Under the pieces are notes generated by a model. That model searched no databases, was not told where the DNA came from, and saw only the letters and a list, made by a program, of their open reading frames with translations. From Stegostoma tigrinum (Eukaryota), in NCBI RefSeq assembly GCF_030684315.1, contig NC_081380.1, positions 10,089,575 to 10,153,574 of the forward strand: a stretch of 64,000 nucleotides of DNA, given 5' to 3'. Every line of letters starts with the position of its first letter. Position 1 is the stretch's first letter. The translations under genes and the position numbers were made by a program. This document shows, in pieces, positions 1-12,479 of the stretch.

Positions 1-514
1 AACACTCGGCTGTAACAGCTTCATGGAAGTCAGCCAACAGGAAGTAGTAATGACGGTGTGGTGATGTCATGATCAACATAGCAGACTCACAACTGACAGA
101 GCACAAGTTCAAGGCCCATCAACATAAATAATGTTCAAAAACTCCCATAAAAACACAATTAACACCGATTTCTTTCAAGACTCATTCTTTCCATCCTGTG
201 AAAAAAGTTGAAACACCACCTGGCTTGCTGTTTTAGGACGACAGAATCCCCATCATCTCTCGCAGGAACTAGAAGATTGCCATAAGTCCAGTCAACATTG
301 CCAACATACTCAGACTTCTTCTAAATAGGTGACACAGAAGAGAACGAAGAACACACTCCTGATTTGTACAGTGAAGTGAGGCAAGGCATTTCATTCAGAA
401 GAACATGGAAAGACAGTATGAAATAGGGTGTACTAATTGAATGGGGAGGCAGGGGCAGAGGTAACTGAAGGTGACAGGACAGCTGAAGAGAACAGCAAGG
501 AAAGCATGTACAGT

Positions 515-840
515 CCTGAGCTTTTTTAAGTAAGGGACAGAGTATGGGAGCAAGAGGTGATGTTGAACTTGTATAAAACATTTGTTAGATCTCAGCTGGA
601 GTACTGTGTACAGTTCTGAGAGCTACACTATAAGAAGGTTGTAAACATATTGCAGAGACAGTTTATGAGAATGGTCTAAGGGACAAGGAACTTCACTCAT
701 GAGGATAGGTTGCAGGGCCTGTTCTCGCTGGAGAGAAGGAAGCTAAGAGGTGATCTGATAGACAGTGAGTATTTATGGCCTGTAATGCACTGCCTGGAAA
801 TGAGGTGAAGCACATTGTAGCATGCATTGAATGGAATTTT
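515..840 (+). mobile_element. CR1-type LINE, degraded 3' ORF2 fragment
   Basis: Decayed EVMLNLYKT.VR.QLEYCVQF-type coding sequence. Confidence 0.7.
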
Positions 841-841
841 A

Positions 842-843
<2 letters not shown>

Positions 844-875
<32 letters not shown>
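844..875. repeat. (CA)16 microsatellite
   Basis: Read directly. Confidence 0.98.
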
Positions 876-877
<2 letters not shown>

Positions 878-884
878 GTCATGA

Positions 885-1400
885 CTTGCTAAGTGCTCAT
901 TCAGGTACTTCTTAAAGAATCTGAGGCAAATCAACTCTACCACCCTCCCAGGCAGCACATTGCAGACCGTCACCACTCTCTGAATAAAAGAGATTTTTCT
1001 TACATACCTCTCACCCTCTTGCCCCTAACCTTGAACCTGTGTCTCCTCATGACTGACCCTTCAACTCAGCTCTGTCTATGCCCCTCATAATATTGTACAC
1101 TTTAATCAGATTGCCCTTCAGGCTTCTCTGCTCCAATGAAAACAACCTGAGCCTATCCAACCTTTCCTCATCTCTTCAATTTTCCATCCCATGCTGGTGA
1201 ATCTGCACCCTCTCCAGCACAATCACATCTCTCCTGTGAGGTGATGACTAGAACTGTACACAGTACTCCAAACGTGGACTCACCAAAGTTCTATACAGCC
1301 CAAACGTGACTATCCTGCTTTTGTAATCTACAATGTGATTCACAAAGGGAATTACCCCATATGCCTTTTTTACCACCTTACTAACATGCCCCTCCACCTT
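885..1400 (-). mobile_element. CR1-type LINE, degraded 3' fragment
   Basis: Reverse complement of CR1 3' ORF2 words such as agaactgtacacagtactcca. Confidence 0.7.
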
Positions 1401-1643
1401 CATAAATTGGGTTAGCACGCCTTCTGCAATCTCCTCCCTTGCCCCCTACAGCATGCTGGGGCACAATTCATCAGGACCTGAAGATTTGTCCACTTTAAAC
1501 CAGCCAACACCTTCAATGGCTTGTCCTTCCCTATGTCAATTTGCTCAAGCACCTCACAGTCTCTCCCCCTGGGTCCTACATCTTCATCCTCATTCTCGAG
1601 TAAAGGAGGGGGTAAAATATTGGTTCAGCCCACTACTAAAGTC

Positions 1644-2501
1644 CTGGATGAGAGTTTGCTCGCTGAGCTGGAAGGTTAGTTTTCAGACATTTCGTCACCA
1701 TTCTAGGTAACATCATCAGTGAGCCTCCGACGAAGCGCTGGTCTTATGTCCCGCTTTCTATTTATCTGGTTAGGTTTCCTTGGGTTGGTGATGTCATTTC
1801 CTGTTCTTTTTCTCAGTGGATGGTAGATTGGCTCCAAATCAATGTGTTTGTTGATGGAGTTCCGGTTGGAATGCCATGCTTCTAGGAATTCTCGTGCATG
1901 TCTCTGTTTGGCTTGTCCTAGGATGGATGTGTTGTCCCAATCAAAGTGGTGTCCTTCCTTATCTGTATGTAAGGATATGAGTGATAGTGGGTCATGTCGT
2001 TTTGTGGCTAGTTGATGTTCATGTATCCTGGTGGCTAGCTTTCTGCCAGTTTGTCCAAACTGACATGAACATCAACTAGCCACAAAACGACATGACCCAC
2101 TATCACTCGTATCCTTACAACAGATAAGGAAGGACACCACTTTGATTGGGACAACACATCCATCCTAGGACAAGCCAAACAGAGACATGCACGAGAATTC
2201 CTAGAAGCATGGCATTCCAACCGGAACTCCATCAACAAACACATTGATTTGGAGCCAATCTACCATCCCCTGAGAAAAAGAACAGGAAATGACATCACCA
2301 ACACAGGAAATGACATCACCAACCCAAGGAAACCTAACCAGATAAATAGAAAGCGGGACATAACACCAGCGCCTCGTCGGAGGCTCACTGATGATGTTAC
2401 CTAGAATGGTGATGAAACGTCTGAAAACTAACCTTCCAGCTCAGCGAGCAAACTCACATCCAGAGCCTCAACCTGAGCTACAAATCTTCTCAAAACTCAC
2501 T
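1644..2501. mobile_element. Poseidon-like Penelope element: inverted 5' copy (about 1644-2060, -) joined to a direct 3' end (about 2061-2501, +), with hammerhead motifs
   Basis: GIY-YIG C-terminal peptide KEGHHFDWDNTSILGQAKQRHAREFLEAWHSNRNSINKHIDLEPIY occurs in both orientations. CTGATGA-stem-GAAA motif near 2388-2421 (+) and 1687-1719 (-). Flanking direct repeat actaaagtcct at 1635-1645 and 2499-2509. Confidence 0.85.
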
Positions 2502-2671
2502 AAAGTCCTCTGGCTGCAGCCACACACGGCCTTCTTGATCCCCAATGGGCTGTACTCTTTCCACGGTTATCCTGTTCCCACCAATATACTTACAGAATAG
2601 CTGAGGATTTTACCTACTTTTACCAGCCAGAGATTTCTCAAATCCCCTCTTTGCTTTCCATCTTTTTTTAA

Positions 2672-2865
2672 TCATAGAAAATCATAGAATCGCTACAGTG
2701 TGGAAACAGGCCCTTCAGCCCAACAAGTCCACACTGACCCACACAGCATCCCACCCAGACCCAATCCCTGAAGACTAGGGGCAATTTAGCACAGCCAATC
2801 CGCCCTAACCTGCACATCTTTGGACCGTGGGAGGAAACTGAAGCACATGGAGGAAACCCACGCAG
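2672..2865 (-). mobile_element. HE1-like V-SINE, 5'-truncated
   Basis: V-domain words (gtttcctcccacggtccaaagatgtgcaggttagg on -) and CR1-like tail. Confidence 0.8.
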
Positions 2866-2981
2866 ATTTGCTTTCTGAAGCTCCACCCTGCACGCCTTTA
2901 ATGACTGCTGATGTGTCCCCCTCCCTTGTTTTGTAAAGAGCTTTTCTGTATCAACCTGAACAGGATGCTATAAAAATTCCA

Positions 2982-3340
2982 GCAGCATAGTAGCTTAGTG
3001 GTTAGCACAGCTGCCACACGGTGCCAGGGACCCGGGTTCGATCCCAATCTCGGGTGACTGTCTGTGTGGAGTGTGCACCTTCTCCCTGTGTCTGTGTGGG
3101 TTTCCTCTAGGTGCTCTGGTTTCCTCACACAGTCCAAAGATGTCAAGGTTGGGTGGATTGGCCATGCTAAATTTCCCATAGTGTCCAGGGATGCGTAAGT
3201 TAGGTGGATTAGCCATGGGAATTGCAGAGTGATAGGGTAGAGGTGTGGGGCTGGGTGGGATGCTCTTCGGAGGGCCAGTGTGGACTTGATGGACCAAGCG
3301 ACCTGCTTCCACACCACTGGGATTCTACAATTCTACGATA
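2982..3340 (+). mobile_element. HE1-like V-SINE
   Basis: tRNA-derived head (A box tagcttagtgg, B box ggttcgatccc), V-domain and CR1-like 3' tail. Confidence 0.85.
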
Positions 3341-4344
3341 ACTCCAAGTTGCTGTCGTAGTTTGAACAAGACTTGGAAAGAATAAAATATGTTTGACATC
3401 GGAAGTGACCTCTTTCAAAAAGAAACAGCTGATGCATGCCCTCTCAACAGGGTCACTAATTTAATTAAACCCATTAGCAGATGATTTGTGAGGGAACGAG
3501 GTCTGTTTAATAAATCATAACTGATAGACCAGACCAGGCAGGAGCTCCGCAGCAGACAAGGGCTGTGAGAATTAGGTTGAAGATTTAGTGCCTGGTTATC
3601 TGTGCATACTTGCTCATGAGACGACATGATATTCAGTGAACAGAAGGGCATTTGGTCAATCTCAGCGATCCATCCATCCAGGATAGTCCTCCAGAGCGGT
3701 TAAATCATTTCTTCAAATTATCTAAAGGATTTCTTCAGTCCACTTCCCACTCTCAAACAGTGCTCCATGCATTGAGTCATCACCCTTGTCTTCGATTTCC
3801 TTTATACTGAATTGTGCGAGAGTTCTTTTGCTTTCCCCCCTCAGTTCAATTCAAAAACAATATTCTGGATTTACTGTTCCTGTTTCCTTAACTGCTGTGT
3901 AGGACCTCCATTCCAAGCCATAACACTTGCCTTTCTCCTCACCTTTCCTCTTTACTTGGGTTCCCACATGTGTGATCAACCTGCAGGTCATCACTGCACT
4001 TCATCTTGTGTTGGTAGCCAGAAAAGGATATCAGGATGAGCCCAGACTGCTAAACCAGCTATCCAGCCGCCGAGCTGCTAATCTCAGGACTGCCCTTGAA
4101 AAGACAGCCCATTCACCATCTTGAGCTCAGATTCCAGCTTCCTGGCTCATACGCCCATGAATCCTAAAAGCAGTCCCAAATGTCGACACTGCCTTGTTCC
4201 CCTACAGACTCCAAGCAGTATGGTGAAATCTATGAGCTTCCTTTCGGAAATGGCTCTGAGGCCAGCTATCAGAATATTCAGGTGAATAGTGACCTCCCTA
4301 GGGATGCCTCCCCCTGATTTGAATGAGCCTGCAGCAGTGCGACT

Positions 4345-4622
4345 TTGATCCACATCCCTCTAAACCCTTCCCATCCATGTACCGATCCAAATGGTTTTTT
4401 AAATGTTGCTCTTGTACCTGCCTCAACCACTTTCTCTGGTAGCCCATTCCATATACGCACCACTCTCTGTGTGAAGAAGTTGCCTCTCAGGTCCTTCTTA
4501 AATCTTTCCCCTCTCACCCTAAACTCATGCCCTCTAGTTTTCAGTTCCCCAATCCTGGGGAAAAGACTATATCCATTCATCCTATCTCTGCTCCTCATGA
4601 TTTTATACACCTCAATAAAGTC
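4345..4622 (-). mobile_element. CR1 LINE 3' fragment
   Basis: ORF 4278-4637: DFIEVYKIMR...TRGHEFRVRGERFKKDLRGNFFTQRVVRIWNGLP. Confidence 0.9.
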
Positions 4623-5027
4623 ATCACACACGCACACTTACTTTTGCTCTGTCTCGCTCACACAGACATATACACACACATATAAACATATGGGGTGAAT
4701 CATTTCATCCAAGATGTTTGTTTATTTGCAGATACATGCTATTTTCTTCAAGAAACACGCAAATTATAGTCACAGTCAGTCAGTGTGGCATTTTATAAAT
4801 TCTTGCTTTTGGAATAAAACCAGCCTGAATCCAGGTTAAAATACTGAGACAGATTCTGGACAAGGACTCACACCTACAATTCAGTGTTGGACCAGACATG
4901 TTACCTATTGTTCAAAGTTTGGAAAGTTAGGCAGACACTGATGAAACCTTCTATTATCTCGGCACAGTGATTTGAAACAGATTCTGGAAGCTGCATCTTA
5001 ATCAATTGAAACTTGCGATGCCTTTCT

Positions 5028-5247
5028 AAGATAATAAAATGTGAGGCTGGATGAACACAGCAGGCCAAGCAGCATCTCAGGAGCACAAAAGCTGACGTTT
5101 CGGGCCTAGACCCTTCATCAGATGAAGGGTCTAGGCCCGAAACGTCAGCTTTTGTGCTCCTGAGATGCTGCTTGGCCTGCTGTGTTCATCCAGCCTCACA
5201 TTTTATTATCTTGGAATTCTCCAGCATCTGCAGTTCCCATTATCTCT
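5028..5247. mobile_element. Neptune-like PLE terminal fold-back: perfect 92-bp arms around a 1-nt spacer plus a 35-nt tail
   Basis: 5028-5119 is the exact reverse complement of 5121-5212. TSD gatgcctttctaa at 5017-5029 and 5248-5260. The sequence matches the terminal repeat at 25923-26020. Confidence 0.92.
5094..5121 (-). ncRNA. Minimal type I hammerhead ribozyme motif (PLE-associated)
   Basis: Minus strand reads CTGATGA-A-GGGT(CTAG)GCCC-GAAA-C-GTC: conserved CUGAUGA and GAAA core, stem II, palindromic ACGT stem III and GUC cleavage triplet. Confidence 0.75.
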
Positions 5248-5764
5248 GATGCCTTTCTAACACAGTTCTTCACATCCTGCTTCTGCAATTTCTGGAATGC
5301 AGCAATGTATGAACAATTAAAGTTTGACTGCCTGCTGTTCAGTCAGATATTTTAGGGTTTTTTTTCACTTCACTCACACCAGTTGTATGATCCTTTGATT
5401 TCTGTGCCCTTCATCTCTCTGCCAATAAACTCCTGTGTCTGTGTGCTCTCCTCTCACTTCACCTGAAGGAGCTGCACCACAAAAGCTTGTGATTTTAAAT
5501 AAACCTGTTGGATTATAACCTGGTGTCGTGTGATTTTTGACAGTGAGAGTTTGGGCAGACGTTAGTGTGGGGTGGGGCAGGAGCTGGGGGAGCTTGTGGC
5601 ACATGATACATGGTGCCAGTATCTATCTGTCAGAATGGGTAAATAGGGCAATAAACAGAAACAAAAAGGATACTCATGTCCAGGGTGGTAAAAAGATAAC
5701 ACTTACATGAATCAGAGTGATCAATCCACGTAATGAATGTCCACAATTAGTTAGGGGAAATTAA

Positions 5765-6078
5765 GGGCGGCACGGTGGCTCAGTGGTTAGTACTGCAGAC
5801 TCACAGCACCAGGGACCCGGGTTCAATTCCCGCCTCAGGGGTGTAGAGTTTGCACATTCTCCCCGTGTCTGTGTGGGTTTCTTCCGGGTGCTCCAGTTTC
5901 CTCCCACAGTCCAAAGATGTGCAGGTTAGGTGGATTGGCCATGCTAAATTGCCCATAGTGTTCAGGGGTGCGTGGGTTATAGGGGGGATGGGTCTGGGTG
6001 GGATGCTTCAAAAGGGCGGTGTGGACTTGTTGGGCCGAAGGGCCTGTTTCCACACTGTAGGGAATCTAATCTAATCTA
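5765..6078 (+). mobile_element. HE1-like V-SINE, near full length
   Basis: gggcggcacggtggctcagtggttag head, B box ggttcaattcc, V-domain, (ctaat)n tail. Confidence 0.9.
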
Positions 6079-6269
6079 AAAGAATTAGGAATCATTTGAG
6101 ACAGAACAACTTACCACAAAATGAGGGGAGGGAAAATCGAGGAACTTATTGGAAAGTTGAACCACTGGACCAAATGATCTTCAGTCATTGTTATTTCTGG
6201 CCCTCACCTTCAAGAGAAAACCAGAAAGTATCCGCAGTTTCAAAGAATAATGATGAATATGCAAAAATC

Positions 6270-6890
6270 TTCATAACAAGAGGATTTGCATATAGGATCA
6301 AGGATGTCTTGCTGAAAACATACAGGGCATTGGTGAGACCACATCTGGTACATTGTGTGTAGTTTTTGTCTCTTATCTGATGGAGGATGCTCTTGCTGTA
6401 GAGGGAGTGCAGCGAAGGTTTACCAAATAAATTCCTGGGATGCCAGGACTGACGCATGAGGAGAGATTGAGTTGATTAGGATTATACTCATAGGAGTTTA
6501 GAAGAATGATACGAGGATCTCATCGAAACCTATGAAATTCGCACAGGATTAGCCAGGTTAGATGTGTGAAAGATGTTCCCAGTAGTGGGGTGCTCAGAAC
6601 CAGGGGTCATAGGTTAAAAGGGCAATTATTTTAGGACGTGAAATGAGGAGAAATGTCTTCCCCCACAGAGTGGCGAGCCTGTGGGATTCACTGCCACAAG
6701 TATAGTTGTGGGTCAAGACATCATGTGTTTTCTAGAAGGAGGTAGATATAGCTTTTCTGGCTGAAAGGATCAAGGGATACTGGGGAGGGTGGGATTAGGG
6801 TATTGAGCTCGGCGATCAGCCATGACTTACTGAATGGTAAAGCAAGCTCAAGGAGTCAAAAAGCTTACTCCTGCTCCTATGCTTCTATGT
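6270..6890 (+). mobile_element. CR1 LINE 3' fragment, degraded
   Basis: ITRGFAYRIKDVLLKTYRALVRPHLVHCV followed by a CR1 3'UTR ending cttctatg. Confidence 0.85.
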
Positions 6891-7565
6891 GTAACTACAC
6901 CGAACACGTTGAGTCCTGTGGGAACTCTGTCAGTTTCAATTAGGTCGCGTCTCATTCTTCAAAACTCTGGAAAGTGCAGAGTTTCCTCAATCTTTCTTGT
7001 GTAGATTCTCCAACATGGGGAAACAATTTCTCTGTGCTTACTGAGGCAAGAACTTCAGAAACCTGTATGGTTCAACACAACTGTCATTCTAAATGTGTTT
7101 TGTAAATTACAGGAGGAACTATGTGCAATTTCTTCTCAGACAGTCATAGAGTCATACAGTATGGAAACAGACCCTTTGTCCCCAGTCCTGAAATCCATCT
7201 TAACACAACTCTCTCATCCCAGGGGGCCAATCTAGTAAGCCTTTCGACATTGTCTCCAGAGTGAGGGTCAACTTCCTAAAATATGGAAACTCAAACTGCA
7301 CCAGCAGCCTGTTCTATTACAGCAACATTTATTTATTGTTGTACTCCAATCCTATTGCAATAATGACCAACAAGTCACCTGTCCTCCTAAATACTTGCTG
7401 CATCTGCCTGCTAGCTCTTCAGTTACACCAGCCTTTAAATATTTTTCAAAATGAGGTATGAATTTTACATTTTTTCTCTTTTTACAACTCAAAGTGAATA
7501 ATCTCATGCCTCTCCATATTATCCATGTGTCACCTTCTGATCCAGTCAGGTAAACTGTCTACCAC

Positions 7566-7825
7566 AAAAACAGAAATTGCTGGTGAAACTCAGCAGGTCT
7601 GGGAGCAGCTGTGAGGAGAACGCAGAGTTAATGTTTCGAGTCTGAACTTCAGAAGGACTTGGAACATTAACTCTGGGTCTAGCGGCATCTATGGAGAGAA
7701 AGCAGACTCAATGTTCCACGTCCTTCTGAAGTTCAGACTCAGAGCGTTAACTCTGCTTTCTCTCCATAGATGCTGCCAGATTCATCAGGTTTCTCCAGCA
7801 ATTTCTGTTTTTGTTTCAGATCTCC
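7566..7825. mobile_element. Fold-back terminal fragment of a third PLE-like family with nested inverted repeats
   Basis: aaaaacagaaattgctgg...ccagcaatttctgttttt arms. Related copies at about 37890-38265, 38870-39090 and 61925-62065. Confidence 0.65.
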
Positions 7826-8774
7826 TGCTCTTCGTTTTATTTTATGCAATCTGTCTACATCTCTTTGTAGCCTCTCTGCGTCCTCCTGAGAGACTAGTCC
7901 TTTGTATTGTCAGCAAACCTGGTCAGATTACTTTCTGTCTCAGTAACTGATATAGTTTATCAATAACCAAGGCCCTTGCAGCACTTCACTAGTTACGGCC
8001 TACTGACTAGAAAATACCCATTTATCCCTCCTGTCTGTTTTCTGTCCATTAACCTCTACAGATATTTTCTCATCAACCTCTTCTGAGATGTTACACATCT
8101 CTGCAGCACGTGCAGCTTAAACCTGGACCTCATGGTCCAAAGGCAGGGTCACTACTGTTATGCCACAATAGCCCTCTTTAACTTCTAGATACTAGCCACA
8201 AAACCCCAAGGGCCTTGCGTTGTGTATTCATGCTCTGTGTGGCATCTGCAGTCTCAGGAATCAGGTCTCTTTCCCCGATAAAAGTCTGTGCTACAAGCAA
8301 GGGGGAAAGGAGATTTTCAAGAAGCTGTAAAAATGAGGATTAAGTTTTGCTTTGTAATAATGAGCCTGTTTAAAGGCTTGTAGGTTAATTCTGTTCTTCT
8401 CAGTCTTCAGCCCATTATTAGGATAACAGGCTAGTTTCCTCTCTACACTAGACCAACCTGGATTTGGAGTCAATCAACACCCAAAGGCCTCTTTCTTGTT
8501 TGGGGAAAGGCAACACTATACCAGTTACTCCACAAACTTGCGCCAACATCAATAGACCTCATATTCCACAGAACGGTCAGCATGGTTAGGTCAAGTACAT
8601 ATCTTCCTGTTGTTTCTGTCAGCATAGACATGGTGGGCCAAAGGGTTTTCCTCCTTTGTGTCTCCATGACATTCTGTGCCAACTGGCTGCCCATCCTCTG
8701 GAATCAGTGAACCATCCTCAATTGTCACAGGTCAAATATTCCTTCTCACTGTCGAAATAAAGAATGTTTTGTAT

Positions 8775-9240
8775 TTAATCTAAACTCTACCATTGACCAG
8801 AAACTGAACTGCACCAGCTATATAAATACTGAGGCTACGCAAACAGATCAGTGGCAAGGAATCCTACAGTGACTAACTTGTCTCCTATCTCCCCAAATCT
8901 TGTCCACTAAAGCACAAGTCAGGATTGTGATAGGATATTCCACACTTGCCTGCATGAGTACAATTTGAACTGTACTCAAGGAGCTTGACACTATCCAGTA
9001 CAATTAAAACATCAAAAGCTAGTTGATACCAATAGTGACAAAGCAGCTCATTTGGCAGGCACTCCATCCTCTACGTTCAATATTCACTCCCTTCATCACC
9101 AATGCCTAGCGGTAAAAGTATGAACCATCAACAAGATGCACTGCAGCTTCTCCAAGGCTCCTCTGACAGCAGCTTTCAAACGCATGACCGTTACCACTGA
9201 GGAGAAGGGCAGCAGTTACATGGGAACGTCACCTCCTGAT
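8775..9240 (+). mobile_element. CR1/L2-group LINE 3' fragment (family also at 30490-30800, 46420-47390, 55030-55890)
   Basis: Shared words cattgaccagaaactgaactg, acaagtcagga, aagatgcactgcagc. Confidence 0.7.
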
Positions 9241-9726
9241 GATGATGAGGAACTCTTGAGTCTGGTTTGGATCCAAAGAATCAATGTACTGTCTCCAGGC
9301 CTCAGGTAAACCTTGTTATTTAATGTTAAAAAAGCAAGACTTATTCTTTTTGGAACTACTTACTTAAAATACTCCATCTTTAGTGATATATCATGTGATG
9401 TTGACCTTAAAGAATCTCAGTCAAGGCAAAGTTTAATTTTTAAAAGTGTGGTTGAATGGATTTTAGTGCACGGATGTTGAGTGAATTTCTTATCCTTAGT
9501 GATCATTTTCTGAAATCCTTGCAGTGCTGGAAATGTTTCAGGAGTTAATTGTTATTTTCTTCTTGGAACCTAGAACACAAACAATTCTCTCTCCTCATTT
9601 TAAGCATTCTTCTAGTCTTTTAAACTTTGATTTGGTATGAGAATGACTCTCGCGTGATGAATACAGACAAGAACATCTACAAACTTGTTACCTTTTGTTA
9701 CAACACAGGCAACCAAACCAATCAGT

Positions 9727-9833
9727 TAGCGAGTTTTGAGAAGATTTGTGGCTCCGGTTGAGGTTCTGGATGTGAGTTTGCTCGCTGAGCTGGAAGGTTA
9801 GTTTTCAGACGTTTCGTCACCATTCTAGGTAAC
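9727..9833 (-). mobile_element. Very short Poseidon-like PLE 3' end, truncated within hammerhead stem II
   Basis: Matches 2395-2501. TSD aaccaatcagt at 9716-9726 and 9831-9841. Confidence 0.85.
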
Positions 9834-11114
9834 CAATCAGTCTTTCCACATCTGTCTCCGCAAAGCAGTAAAATTAAAACCAAAGACAACTCAAAATTGA
9901 TTTCAATGGTTCCTGACCAGACTTCTGAATACCCCATCCTAGACTTTGCGAATAATCAATTCATTGGATAAACATATAGATAACAATGGAATAGTGCAGC
10001 TTAGATGGACTTCAGATTAGTTTCACACGTTGGCGCAACAGAGGGCCGAAGGACCTGTATTGAACTGTAGTGTTCCATATTCTATGTACATTTCCCCTTC
10101 CAAACCACTCAACATCCTGACTTGGAAATGTATTTCTCCTTTTGCTTTTGCCAGCCCAAAATCCTGGAACGCCCTCCCTCACAGCACCGAGGACTGCAGC
10201 AATCCAAGTTCAAGAAGATAGCTCTACACCATCACCTCCAGGATAAATACAGATGGCCAATAAATGCTTATCCAGCCACTGAGGCCCAAATCCCATGAAC
10301 AAACATTGTTAAAACCTTTATAACAATGCTGAGAAAATTACAAACGCACAATCCTGTCAACAGGTGCCAGTACTGGGCACCTTAAACTTGCGTCCTGCTG
10401 TCAACTGTGATAGGATCACAATTTGCAAATTATATCTAGGATCCTGCCTGAAACAAACAATGTTCACTTTGATCAATGTCACTGAAACATTTGTTTCTTC
10501 AGGTGGACGGTACCAGTAAAATTACATGCCCATTAAGCCAAGTATGAACAGAAATGTAATATATTAACTTTATTGTCATGGCTTACGAGTCTACCAATGT
10601 CCTGCAGTTTACGCCAATCATTTGATTTGATCTTTTGATTGATTACTTTCTAAATGATAAAATATATGAGAAACAATGGATGTCCAAAGATGTTTTGGCG
10701 TTCTTGCACATAGATGACTAGGGAAGGCGGTCTGTCATATTTTGAGGAGTGGATTATAATGGGATTGGAGTCATCTTTCAGCAACACAAAGTCTTGGCTC
10801 ATGTACACCTGGATTATTGTGTTCATTTCTGGACTTTAGAAAAATATAGTGGGGATACTTCAGCACTTACTTACCAAAATTAAATCTATTCTCCAAGGAT
10901 CAAGTTAAGGGGAGGGGTTTCATAAGCAAGGGTTGTATTGTTTGGAATTTACAAGCTTATGGAGTGATTTGATGAAAATTTCCAAGATATTACAGGGAAC
11001 AGAGACACTTTGCTGTTTGAAGAGTCTAGAACTGAATAATATCGTCCAAAAATGAGAGGCTGGCCTGCTGTATTCTAATCCTCGTGAAGCAACAAACAGC
11101 CTTCCCTAATAATC

Positions 11115-11275
11115 TGTGGAGCTGGATGAACACAGCTGGCCAAACAGCATCTCAGGAGCACAAAAGCTGACATTTCGGGCCTAGGATCTCATGAGATGCT
11201 GCTTGGCCTACTGTGTTCATCCAGCTCCACACTTTGTTATCTTGGATTCTCCAGCATCTGCAGTTCCCATTATCA
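11115..11275. mobile_element. Neptune-like PLE terminal fold-back insertion
   Basis: Inverted arms of the same terminal sequence. 17-bp TSD cttccctaataatctgt at 11101-11117 and 11276-11292. Confidence 0.9.
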
Positions 11276-11931
11276 CTTCCCTAATAATCTGTTGCATGAG
11301 CCCCTAAATAACTTTGGACATCCACTGGCTCCTGCTTTTTATCATTTAGTAAGTAATCAACCAAAAGAAAGCTCCTATCAGTTCCCTTCAATGACTGATG
11401 TAAACCACATGGCCTCGTTAGGCTCATCAACAAATAAAATTAGGAGTGAAATTAGGAACCATTTCTACACACACACAAAGGTGGAGAGATTTGATACGTT
11501 GTTCTGCAAGTAGCAGCTGAGACTAAGTCAACTGGCCATTTTAAACAGAGTTAGATAGATTGATGCGTCTTATCCCAAGATATTAAATGTGAAATGAGAC
11601 AATGAAAAGCTTCATGAACTAATCTCAATCTCATTCAATAAGGGCTAAATAAGCTTCCTTCAGTTTTGACAATCACAAGCTAAATGACTACACAGCAGTG
11701 GGCTTGGAAATAAAATTCAAAGGAAATGAATGCAGATCTTGCTTTGAGAAAGAAAACAGCACAACTTTAGAGCTGGACATTTTCCTGCCTAGTTTCGGTA
11801 TTGGAGGACTTGCTTTAAATCTCAACAGGGCACAGTTAACCTCAGGGCAGATGGCAAAAGCTGTGATCAACAATTTACACACTGGTGAGTCTATCAACTA
11901 TCAATGTCCCCTCAGGAATGAAAGAACTTAC

Positions 11932-12479
11932 CAGAACACGATCCCCACATCTCAGGTCCTTGTCCCCTTTCTTTACAGATCCACTGTCAGACAGGTTTGA
12001 TCCTGACTCATTCCCCGTCTTCATGGAACTGTTCAAAATGCTTTCCCTCAGGGGGATTGCGCAGTTGACGCGTTGGGTTGAGAGTGGTGGGGTGGCAGTA
12101 CCATGTTGCGAGGCTGCGGCTGGAAATGTAACAGAGTCTCCGGAATGGGCATCACTTCCGGCACCATCACTCGAGGGGCGAAGCGCCAGCTTTGAGGGCC
12201 GGGTGAAAATGCCTTGTAAAGCTCCGCATTCGAAGTACCGCACGCCGCCGACCGAACCATCGTTTTTGCCCACGGGCTCATCGAGGACAACTCCTGCCCA
12301 CTTTCCGGGAGCAAACTGTGTTTCCCCAAGGAACTGTATGATGCCAGGCTTCACACCATTCACCCAGATACGATCCCCGATGGCAAAATCGCCAATGCAA
12401 TCGTCACCCACCTCGGCACTCTTTGAGGGCAATTTGTCGCTAGGTACAGGGACTGAAGCTTGCTTGTGCAATGGGGAAC
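11932..12479 (-). CDS. CLIP2: Internal coding exon of CAP-Gly domain-containing linker protein 2 (CLIP-115), first CAP-Gly domain; equivalent to human exon 3
   Basis: Translation (G)SPLHKQ...AEVGDDCIGDFAIGDRIWVNGVKPGIIQFLGETQFAPGKWAGVVLDEPVGKNDGSVGGVRYFEC...GIFTRPSKL...GSDAHS...GTATPPL...IPLRESILNSSMKTGNESGSNLSDSGSVKKGDKDLRCGDRVL contains the CAP-Gly GKNDG motif and linker segments I recognise as CLIP2 rather than CLIP1. Acceptor ttggttttcag|GTTCC at 12480/12479; donor CTG|gtaagt at 11932/11931; 548 nt, phase 1 to phase 0. Confidence 0.95.

Larger units (their letters stand above)
4625..5545 (+). mobile_element. Probable 3' end of an older Penelope-like family, interrupted by the 5028-5247 insertion
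   Basis: Ends in cacctgaaggagctgcaccacaaaagcttgtg...aataaacctgttggattataacctggtgtcgtgtgattttt, a decayed hammerhead-bearing terminus I recognise from shark repeats. The 5' boundary is uncertain. Confidence 0.45.

Noticed and set aside
5028-5247. DNA-transposon MITE or miRNA hairpin
   Set aside because: The arms match the terminal repeat of the Penelope element, junctions differ between copies, TSD length varies (11-17 bp) and there is an unpaired 3' tail.
1-11900. Next CLIP2 exon (second CAP-Gly, VGGTKTG...GEWCGVELDEPLGKNDG)
   Set aside because: Searched by eye on the minus strand and not found; it presumably lies left of the window.
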